From: Promethearchaeota archaeon
GTDB taxonomy: Archaea; Asgardarchaeota; Odinarchaeia; Odinarchaeales; JBHLKK01
Direction of reading: 5' to 3'
Assembly: GCA_048939465.1 (NCBI GenBank)
Contig: JBHLPL010000006.1
Coordinates: forward strand, 1 to 32,000
DNA: 32,000 nt
The position numbers and the translations under genes were made by a program. The notes under the pieces are model-generated. The model searched no databases, was not told where the DNA came from, and saw only the letters and a program-made list of their open reading frames with translations. Below, piece after piece: positions 25,026 to 32,000 of the stretch (positions are counted from its first letter, which is position 1; each line of letters opens with the position of its first letter).

Positions 25026-27434
25026 ATGGTGGAAGAACTACCGGTTGAGAACCTAAGAAAAGTGTTTAGGCCCGAGGGGTTCGAGTGTGAAACTACCAAA
25101 GACCTGCCGCCTCTTGAGGGAATTGTTGGTCAAGAGAGGGCAGTGAGGGCACTGAGATTTGGGCTGGATATCAAGGAACCAGGGTTCAACGTATACATGG
25201 CAGGAGAATCAGGGACTGGCAGGATGACAGTTTTAAAGGATTTCCTGGGTGAGATAGCAAAAAAGAAGAAGATTCCAGACGACTGGTGTTACGTTAATAA
25301 CTTCAAGAGTCCCTACGAGCCAGAGGCTGTAAAACTGCCTGCGGGTAAAGGCAAGGAATTCAAGAAGGACATGGCGAACCTAATTAATGATATTAGAAGA
25401 TTGCTCCCTGAAGCCTTCAGAAGTGATGATTATACCGCGAAAAGAGAGGCAACCGTCAGAGCCATAGAGGAAGAGAGAGAGGAACTAATTACTCGGGTCA
25501 ACAAGAGAGTTCAAGAAGAGGGATTCTCCCTCAGAAGCAGCCCGATAGGTTTGGTTATGATTCCCATGGTTGAGGGGAAACCCTTGAGCGAGGAGGAGTT
25601 TGTGGCTCTAAGTCCAGAGAGAAAGGAAGAAATCGAGAAGCGAAGAACAAAACTAGATACGGAACTGAGAGTTGTCTTAAGGCAAATAAGGGATTTAGGA
25701 AAGAAGATTGGACAGGAGCTTGAAAAAGTCAATCATGAAGTGGCCCTCTTTGTAATAGGGCCATTAATAGCGGATCTAAAAGAGAAATATGAAGGGCTTT
25801 CTGGATGTTTGAATTACATAGATAATGTTAAGGATGACATCTTAGAGAATGCTCCACAGTTTATAAAGGAACGCGGGCCCAAGGCTCCCGGCATTTCTGC
25901 TCAACTTCCTTGGACCATGGAGGTTCCTTTCAGAAAATACGAAGTGAACCTAACAGTAGATAATTCAGATCTGCAAGGTGCTCCAGTGGTTTTGGAGACC
26001 AATCCAACACATCAGAATCTATTTGGAAAGATCGAGAAGGAGGCACGATTCGGGGTTTTAACAACTGATTTCACCATGATACGGCCAGGTTCGTTACACA
26101 GAGCAAATGGTGGATATCTGGTACTTCCGGTTGAAGAGCTGCTGCGAAACATTTTCACTTGGGACGGACTCAAGATGGCCATCAAGAATAAGGAGGTTTC
26201 AGTCGAAGAACTGGGAGAACGCCTAGGGTTTATCACAACGAAGAGTCTTAGGCCCGCTCCCATACCGTTAGATGCCAAGGTGATACTTGTAGGGAAGACC
26301 GAGTACTATCATATTCTGTATATTCTTGACAGAGACTTCAAAGAGTTGTTCAAGGTCAAAGCAGAGTTCGACACAACCATGGATCGGACAAAAGAAAACA
26401 TAGACAAGTTTGCATCGTTCATTTGTACCTTCTGCAGAAAGGAGAATCTGAAACATCACGAAGCAACAGCAGTGGCCAAGCTGATCGAGTACAGTTCCAG
26501 ACTAGCTGACCATCAGGAGAAGTTGTCTACCAAATTCTCGGAAATTGCAGACATCATCAGAGAAGCTAACTTCTACGCTACCCAGGAGAGCGCTGAGTAT
26601 ATCACAGGAAATCATGTCAGGAAAGCCATCGAAGAAAAAATACACAGATCAAGGCTTCTGCAAGAGAAGATACAGGAGATGATCAAGCAGGGGTTTCTGC
26701 TTATCGATATAGAAGGCGAGAAGGTGGGGCAGGTAAATGGGCTTTCTGTGATGAGTTTAGGCGATTTCTCCTTTGGGCGACCCTCACGTGTTACGTCAAG
26801 TGTTGGTATGGGGAGAGAAGGCATTATAGATATTGAGCGTGAGGCGATGCTCGGAGGAAGTATTCATACCAAAGGTGTCATGATACTTGGCGGCTACTTA
26901 ACAGAGAAATATGCCAAGGATAAACCACTCAGCTTGTCTACACGATTAGTCTTTGAACAGAGTTACAGCGGAGTAGAAGGGGATAGTGCTTCAAGTACCG
27001 AACTCTATGCAATTCTCTCAGAACTCTCAGGACTTCCTATTAAGCAATATATTGCTGTTACTGGTTCTGTGAATCAGAAGGGAGAGGTTCAGGCTATTGG
27101 CGGAGTGAATCAAAAGATCGAGGGGTTCTTTGAAGTATGTAAGATCAAAGGTCTTACAGGAAAACAAGGAGTGATGATACCTCAAAGCAACGTGCAAAAT
27201 CTGATGTTAAAAGAAGAAGTATTAGAGGCAGTCAAGGAAGGGAAATTCCACGTATACGCTGTGAGTAGTATTGATGAGGGGGTTGAGGTCTTAACAGGGG
27301 TTCGGGCGGGTAAAAGAAAACCTGATGATGAGTTTGAAGAAGGAACTGTGAATTTTGCTGTGGACAAACGTCTAAGAGAAATGGCTGAAAAGATTAAGGA
27401 ATATCCTGAATTTATCTTGAGAAAAAGAAGTTGA
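25026..27434 (+). CDS. Lon-like protease, LonC type (degenerate AAA+ module, Ser-Lys dyad)
   Basis: VGQERA, YVNNF, PGSLHRANGGYL, GQVNGL, EGDSAS and VNQKIEGF; Walker A is GESGTGRMT; GGGGTGGAG SD before ATG 25026. Confidence 0.92.
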   Translation: MVEELPVENLRKVFRPEGFECETTKDLPPLEGIVGQERAVRALRFGLDIKEPGFNVYMAGESGTGRMTVLKDFLGEIAKKKKIPDDWCYVNNFKSPYEPEAVKLPAGKGKEFKKDMANLINDIRRLLPEAFRSDDYTAKREATVRAIEEEREELITRVNKRVQEEGFSLRSSPIGLVMIPMVEGKPLSEEEFVALSPERKEEIEKRRTKLDTELRVVLRQIRDLGKKIGQELEKVNHEVALFVIGPLIADLKEKYEGLSGCLNYIDNVKDDILENAPQFIKERGPKAPGISAQLPWTMEVPFRKYEVNLTVDNSDLQGAPVVLETNPTHQNLFGKIEKEARFGVLTTDFTMIRPGSLHRANGGYLVLPVEELLRNIFTWDGLKMAIKNKEVSVEELGERLGFITTKSLRPAPIPLDAKVILVGKTEYYHILYILDRDFKELFKVKAEFDTTMDRTKENIDKFASFICTFCRKENLKHHEATAVAKLIEYSSRLADHQEKLSTKFSEIADIIREANFYATQESAEYITGNHVRKAIEEKIHRSRLLQEKIQEMIKQGFLLIDIEGEKVGQVNGLSVMSLGDFSFGRPSRVTSSVGMGREGIIDIEREAMLGGSIHTKGVMILGGYLTEKYAKDKPLSLSTRLVFEQSYSGVEGDSASSTELYAILSELSGLPIKQYIAVTGSVNQKGEVQAIGGVNQKIEGFFEVCKIKGLTGKQGVMIPQSNVQNLMLKEEVLEAVKEGKFHVYAVSSIDEGVEVLTGVRAGKRKPDDEFEEGTVNFAVDKRLREMAEKIKEYPEFILRKRS

Positions 27435-27528
27435 TGGTTTGATCAGTTCTTTTTGAAAACTCCTTATTTTTTATTGGAGAGGGGAGTAATCGACATATTG
27501 TTATGCTCAAACAGTGGGGAACTGAATC

Positions 27529-27999
27529 ATGAACGAAAAGAAATCATTATTTAAAATTCTAATCCAGAAGACAGTAGGTATCTTGAATGATGAAAGGGGC
27601 GAAAACAGAAAACTCAAGGAAATATGCAGATTGCTCAAGGATAATGTAACCTATTATGATTGGGTGGGATTCTATTCTGTTGACAGGAAAGGAGAAAAGG
27701 AGCTTGTACTTGGACCGTTTGAGGGGGAACCGACAGAACATGTAAGAATACCTTTTGGAAAGGGGATATGTGGGCAAGCTGCGGACACGGAAAAGACGTA
27801 TATCGTTCAAAATGTGAAAAAGGAATCAAACTACTTGTCCTGTAGCCCTAAAGTCAAGTCTGAGATTGTTGTCCCAATATCCAGAGGAGGAAGGGTCGTG
27901 GGTGAGATTGACGTAGATTCTCACACTCTTTCACCGTTCACAGAGGAAGATAGGGAATTCCTTGAGAAAATAAGTAGCTTGGTATCCAGTCTTCTTTAA
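27529..27999 (+). CDS. msrC: GAF-domain protein, free methionine-R-sulfoxide reductase-like
   Basis: YDWVGFY, LGPFEG, GKGICGQAA, YLSCS...SEIVVP and GEIDVDS. Confidence 0.82.
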   Translation: MNEKKSLFKILIQKTVGILNDERGENRKLKEICRLLKDNVTYYDWVGFYSVDRKGEKELVLGPFEGEPTEHVRIPFGKGICGQAADTEKTYIVQNVKKESNYLSCSPKVKSEIVVPISRGGRVVGEIDVDSHTLSPFTEEDREFLEKISSLVSSLL

Positions 28000-28250
28000 G
28001 CCAGAGTCATGACTTGAGAAGGAGAATCAGAAGTTGTTCCTTGACCCCTATCATCATATCGGGGGTGAAGAGCAAGGAAATATCAGGAATCTTATGTCGT
28101 GATTCAATGGATTAGTGTTCAAGAAATGCGCCATTGCCACATTATTTCGTCGTTTTGAAAAGGCATAAGAGAGAGGTTTCCCACAAATAGCAAGGTCGTT
28201 TGCAGTCTTGGAATATCCCTCTGAGAAGTATCCGATGCGAAAGACCTCAG

Positions 28251-28805
28251 CTAGGTCTTTCCTTTTACATATCCGTGCATTGTCACTTCAGCAAACATCT
28301 CTCTTTTTGCTTTACAAATCGGACAGAGATAAGGAGGTTCTTCTCTATAACATACATAACCGCATTGTTTACAGTACCACATTATTAGACCGATTCTGGG
28401 GGTTCTCTTAACGGTCGCTGCTCTTGTATCAGAGGATTTTTCAGGAGGGGTTTCGGCAGCCCCTGCAAAGGCTCTGGCTTCTTTGTCCGCGGGTCTCCGT
28501 TCGGGGATCTTTCTCACAGGGAGCCTGCCCTCAAACACGTCCTTGTTAACATAAAGCGAACAATAGCAGACTCCGAACTCCTCGACGTCCGGGTCCCGAT
28601 AGTCACAGGGGCAGACGATATCCCTATCAAGCTCGAAATTTCCTGACGCAAGTCTGCAGGGACAGGAAGGATAGCCGTATCGCTCTTCATTTCGGTTCAG
28701 TCCTTCAAGAAGACCTTTAAGAAAATCCGGATCAGGATTCAAATAGTAACCGCGAGTCTTTGCGTCGCTTTCTGCCCTTCGTCGAACCCTTTCCAGATTC
28801 TTCAT
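28251..28805 (-). CDS. Ferredoxin:thioredoxin reductase catalytic domain fused to a rubredoxin-like domain
   Basis: RYGYPSCPCR, CPCDY and CYCSLY motifs; C-terminal WYCKQCGY...CPICKA. Confidence 0.92.
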   Translation of the reverse strand: MKNLERVRRRAESDAKTRGYYLNPDPDFLKGLLEGLNRNEERYGYPSCPCRLASGNFELDRDIVCPCDYRDPDVEEFGVCYCSLYVNKDVFEGRLPVRKIPERRPADKEARAFAGAAETPPEKSSDTRAATVKRTPRIGLIMWYCKQCGYVCYREEPPYLCPICKAKREMFAEVTMHGYVKGKT

Positions 28806-29086
28806 TTTTCGAGTGCTCTCCTTATTCGATCTTCATCATAGCCAGTGATCAGATACTCCTCGTCAATAATAATGGCAGGAAAAGAAAAGCGGCCGCCCAG
28901 GCGATGAATTTGCTTCCTGATTTCTTCCTTATCTTCCTTGCTGTTTAAGTCTACATCTACATATTCATACTCAATACCGTTATTCTTCAAAAAGCCCTTG
29001 GTCTTCATGCACCACATGCAAGTACTCAAGGCATATAGTAAGACTTTGTGTCTTTTGTTTGGGCCTGGAACTTTTATAATCTTCAT
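28802..29086 (-). CDS. Glutaredoxin/NrdH-like protein (CMWC)
   Basis: LYALSTCMWCMKTK, YEYVDVD and FPAIII...GYD; its stop overlaps the FTR start. The longer ORF-track start runs into the tRNA. Confidence 0.92.
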   Translation of the reverse strand: MKIIKVPGPNKRHKVLLYALSTCMWCMKTKGFLKNNGIEYEYVDVDLNSKEDKEEIRKQIHRLGGRFSFPAIIIDEEYLITGYDEDRIRRALEK

Positions 29087-29154
29087 TTTTCTGTTACATC
29101 CTGGGCCGTGTAATGTACTTCTCTGGACGCGTTTCTCTCTTTGCCAATCTTGAA

Positions 29155-29269
29155 TGGTAGCCCGGGAGAGATTCGAACTCTCGTCCAGGGGTGTTTCCAA
29201 ACCTTGGTCTAACCCGGTTTTCCAGAGCCCCCGATGATTGATCTTTTTTGACCGCTACACCACCGGGCT
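29155..29269 (-). tRNA. tRNA-Gln(CUG), CCA encoded, with a 10-nt D-loop intron (21/22; 29238-29247) and a 29-nt canonical intron (37/38; 29193-29221)
   Basis: Removing both inserts gives a 76-nt cloverleaf: acceptor AGCCCGG/CCGGGCT, T arm GAGAG-TTCGAAT-CTCTC, anticodon arm GGGGG-CT-CTG-GA-CCCCT. Both inserts show BHB/BHL-like geometry. Confidence 0.93.
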
Positions 29270-29517
29270 AACTAATCGATCTTCTTCGTCGCATGAAGTA
29301 GCCTGAGCAATTATTTAGTCCGCAGATGTGACCATCAGCTCAGTAGATTGTGGACTTATCGAAAGTCTGCAAGCATTAAACAGGCTCATTTCATGTTTGC
29401 TGAAAAGTATGTAGAAAGAGAGAGCTATAAATAACCTTCGCTTTCTGTCAACTTATCCCATCACTGGTATTGTTGAACTCATAAATAGAAGGGGGTGACA
29501 CAAAGGAGGCATGGCTT

Positions 29518-29748
29518 TCAGAATGGCAGTACTATGGAACTCAGAGTTCTGACCACACCTTCGACCTTGTGAATGCGTTCCACGGTGTCCCTAACATGTT
29601 CCATATCGTCTGCAGCGACTTTTGCGATTATATCGTATGGGCCCGTTATCGCATATATTTCGTCTATACCCTCTGCGCCCTTAAGCTTCTCAAGGACTTC
29701 ATGAATCTTGCCTGTCTCAACTTCAATTAGCATAAATACTACGGTCAT
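29518..29748 (-). CDS. Stand-alone Lrp/AsnC ligand-binding domain
   Basis: 76 aa; VFMLIEVETG, ITGPYDIIAKV and VEGVVRTLSSIV; no HTH. Confidence 0.9.
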   Translation of the reverse strand: MTVVFMLIEVETGKIHEVLEKLKGAEGIDEIYAITGPYDIIAKVAADDMEHVRDTVERIHKVEGVVRTLSSIVLPF

Positions 29749-29811
29749 AACAACTCTCCCTCATTCTCATTCTTTGGGGTTTTACATATATAAATAGTTT
29801 CTACGTTTTGG

Positions 29812-31068
29812 TTATGCCTTTCTCAGGCGAGCGATTTCTCTCTTTCCAAGATCCTCTAATATTTTCAGAACACCCGACGGAGTAATCTTGAAGCCCATAC
29901 TTCTCAGTCCTTGAGTGATTTCCAGTACGCTATAACCTCGATCCATATTCTTCAGTATTACCAAGACTTTTCTGTCGTTGACTACGAGGCTTTGCATAGC
30001 CTTTTCAAAATCGAATTCAGGAGTAAATTCATAAATCTGATGATTGGCTGCGTTCTTACCCCATTCTTCTGAAATTGGCTCTGATCCCACCGATTTGACC
30101 CTGGCAACGCCCATAGTTCGATAATATTCCAAGGTTTCCAAGATCTCTTGCGGTTTCTTGTCGAAGCCCACCTTTTTGAGCCCATCGGACAATTCCAGCA
30201 CAGTATAACCATGATCGAGATTAGCCATAAGTGTGCAAGTAGCCGGACTCCTACCGGCGCAGGCGGTCTCGACAACGCTATCAGGAGTATAAGGTGATAC
30301 CAGCTCATAAACCCGCTGGTATTCGATTTCGTCTTCAAACAAATGTGAGACTAGTGTTGCTGCTCTTGCCTCAACCAGCCTGGAAATCTTGCTCGAGGCT
30401 CTTTTGAGAGGTATGCCTGCTGTCTTAGCAACTTCTCTGAGGGTTTTCTTGCCATCAATTAATCGCATTAGAGAAAGCATATCCGAATCCAGTTCAAGTT
30501 TGTTTACCGCAGGTTCAGAAACTAGCAGTATTGCATCGGGAGACACGGCCCCAGCTGATTCTCCTGTGTCAGCAGCCGGCGCCTCTTCCTTTGACGGCGG
30601 TGATATCATAGCTTCTTCTGCTTCACGTGTCGGTTCTGGGGCAGGAGCAGGAGTTACTGGGGAAGCAGAAATCGCTTCACGATGTTCAGCGGATGTAGGG
30701 GCAGGCATGGCGGCACCTGGTAATAGATCATCAATTTCTTCGAAGTCTTTCTTGAACCTTCTCAATACCGTTCCTAATGACATTATGACTAGCCCTTCTC
30801 GTTCATAAGAGTCGATAGCTAATGCAACCTTATCAGAGACCCTTGAGATCAGGAGACACCCTCTTTCGAGATGTTTCACTTGGTAATCACCGGTATCCCA
30901 AGTTGGAAAGCTCCTGGAAATAATACTCTTCGTTACGGTTTCAGCTTCTTCGCCCAAGGTTCCGTACAGACAATTCCCTTGGGCATCGAATAATCCTATT
31001 CGCACGTGAGCAAGGGTAACCAGTCCTTCTTTCATCCTTGTTATCAGATCTTCCACCTGGTCCGACAT
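29812..31068 (-). CDS. Roadblock/longin-like N-terminal domain, Pro/Ala linker and three winged-helix-like repeats
   Basis: N-terminal beta/alpha pattern IGLFDAQGNCLY...LLISRVSDKVALAI; repeats LIDGKKTLREV, LDHGYTVLEL and MDRGYSVLEI; GAGAGGA SD before ATG 31068. Confidence 0.7.
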   Translation of the reverse strand: MSDQVEDLITRMKEGLVTLAHVRIGLFDAQGNCLYGTLGEEAETVTKSIISRSFPTWDTGDYQVKHLERGCLLISRVSDKVALAIDSYEREGLVIMSLGTVLRRFKKDFEEIDDLLPGAAMPAPTSAEHREAISASPVTPAPAPEPTREAEEAMISPPSKEEAPAADTGESAGAVSPDAILLVSEPAVNKLELDSDMLSLMRLIDGKKTLREVAKTAGIPLKRASSKISRLVEARAATLVSHLFEDEIEYQRVYELVSPYTPDSVVETACAGRSPATCTLMANLDHGYTVLELSDGLKKVGFDKKPQEILETLEYYRTMGVARVKSVGSEPISEEWGKNAANHQIYEFTPEFDFEKAMQSLVVNDRKVLVILKNMDRGYSVLEITQGLRSMGFKITPSGVLKILEDLGKREIARLRKA

Positions 31069-31210
31069 TTTGGTTCCTCTCATCACACATTCTTCGGATA
31101 TATCTATTTATAAATTCGTTTTATCAGTTATAAGAGTTCTCATAATTCATTTTCTTCGAAAGAATATTAACTCATATCTAGGTAATTGTTTTAAGCATTC
31201 AAGGGAATAG

Positions 31211-31912
31211 GTGCTTGAGTGTGATAATTCGGATGTGGTACCGAATATGGAAATAATGAGGGGGTTGCATTTCGTATCCGGCGTCCTATATAATTCTAAT
31301 GTCTACGTTTTGGGAGAAGATGACTTGACTTTGATTGACTTAGGAACGGCGGCCAACTTGACCCACCTATTTGGAGCGATCAAATCATTTGGTCTTGATT
31401 CAAGAAGAATCAGACAGATAGTAGTAACGCATGCCCATATCGATCACATCGGTGGACTACCCAAAATCTCGGAATTACTAAATCCGAAGATTTGCGCACC
31501 AAAGGGAGAGGCAGACTATATTGAGAAAGCAGACGATCACATGATTCTATCATGGATGTTTGGATCCAAATTCGAACCTGTAGATGTCGATGTTAGACTT
31601 AGCTCAGGTGACATGTTGCAAGTTGATGACTTTCATTTAAGGGTCTTGCACACTCCGGGGCACACAAGGGGAAGCATATGCTTGTACGATGAGGAGAAGA
31701 AAACACTGTTATCAGGAGACACTGTTTTTAGCGGAGGAGCTTTCGGTCGAGTTGACTTACCGACGGGAAATGCTGAAGAACTCAGGAAGTCACTATTGAT
31801 GTTATCAAAGCTTGAGGTGGAATACCTTCTCCCCGGACACATGAACACAGTCACCAAAGGAGCTAATGAGGACATTAGGCAATCATATCTGAATACGAAA
31901 TTCCTTCTATAA
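31211..31912 (+). CDS. Metallo-beta-lactamase-fold hydrolase
   Basis: THAHIDHIGG, HTPGHT, SGDT and PGH. The start may be ATG 31247. Confidence 0.93.
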   Translation: MLECDNSDVVPNMEIMRGLHFVSGVLYNSNVYVLGEDDLTLIDLGTAANLTHLFGAIKSFGLDSRRIRQIVVTHAHIDHIGGLPKISELLNPKICAPKGEADYIEKADDHMILSWMFGSKFEPVDVDVRLSSGDMLQVDDFHLRVLHTPGHTRGSICLYDEEKKTLLSGDTVFSGGAFGRVDLPTGNAEELRKSLLMLSKLEVEYLLPGHMNTVTKGANEDIRQSYLNTKFLL

Positions 31913-32000
31913 TCAGCCGGATCTCTGTTGACCGAATCTGTTGTCTAAATCCTGTAGCCGACTCTGATATTTCTGCTTGAGCAATTGATAGGTTCTAGGA
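31913..32000 (-). CDS. 3' end of a gene running off the window (coiled-coil C-terminus)
   Basis: Open frame PRTYQLLKQKYQSRLQDLDNRFGQQRSG* ending at TGA 31915-31913. Confidence 0.45.
   Translation of the reverse strand, partial: PRTYQLLKQKYQSRLQDLDNRFGQQRSG

Noticed and set aside
29087-29200. N-terminal extension of the glutaredoxin ORF
   Set aside because: It overlaps the 3' half of tRNA-Gln; the real start is ATG 29086.
12356-29269. Tubulin operon as part of an element integrated at tRNA-Gln
   Set aside because: No integrase, transposase or duplicated tRNA 3' end was seen, and the intervening genes look like housekeeping genes.
144-31875. Numerous short antisense or overlapping ORFs in the track (e.g. 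184-615, 7947-8720, 12282-12839, 16090-16791, 30389-30808)
   Set aside because: These are Ser/Phe/Leu-rich shadow frames opposite well-supported genes.
1-32000. CRISPR arrays, ORB origin boxes and rRNA
   Set aside because: No regularly spaced repeats, ORB consensus or rRNA signature was noticed on reading.

Overview
Archaeal chromosomal DNA, gene-dense, with GGTGA/GGAGG Shine-Dalgarno sites and TATA-type promoters. An Asgard archaeon is inferred from an OdinTubulin-like tubulin, a PolB1 and a roadblock/longin-like protein. The centrepiece is a three-gene minus-strand operon (16802->12356) in which a true eukaryote-type tubulin is flanked by two large uncharacterised helical/coiled-coil proteins, a candidate tubulin-plus-partners cytoskeletal or segregation system. 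Also present: a partial NurA-family nuclease, DUF296, PolB1, a sulfur-mobilisation cluster (IscS, IscU, a ubiquitin-like sulfur carrier ending GG-SD, a Cys-cluster protein, SufS, an E1-like MoeB lacking the crossover Cys), a nucleotidyltransferase preceded by an unannotated ~260-nt structured RNA candidate, a DUF3795 pseudogene and an intact DUF3795 gene, MarC, DUF167, a two-micropeptide transcription unit, a CysRS paralog with altered zinc ligands and no anticodon-binding domain, a LonC-type protease, a GAF/MsrC protein, an FTR-rubredoxin fusion with a glutaredoxin, tRNA-Gln(CUG) with two introns (one only 10 nt), an Lrp/AsnC domain and an MBL hydrolase. No CRISPR array, integrase or transposase was seen. 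Family assignments rest on motif recognition from memory; no database search was run.
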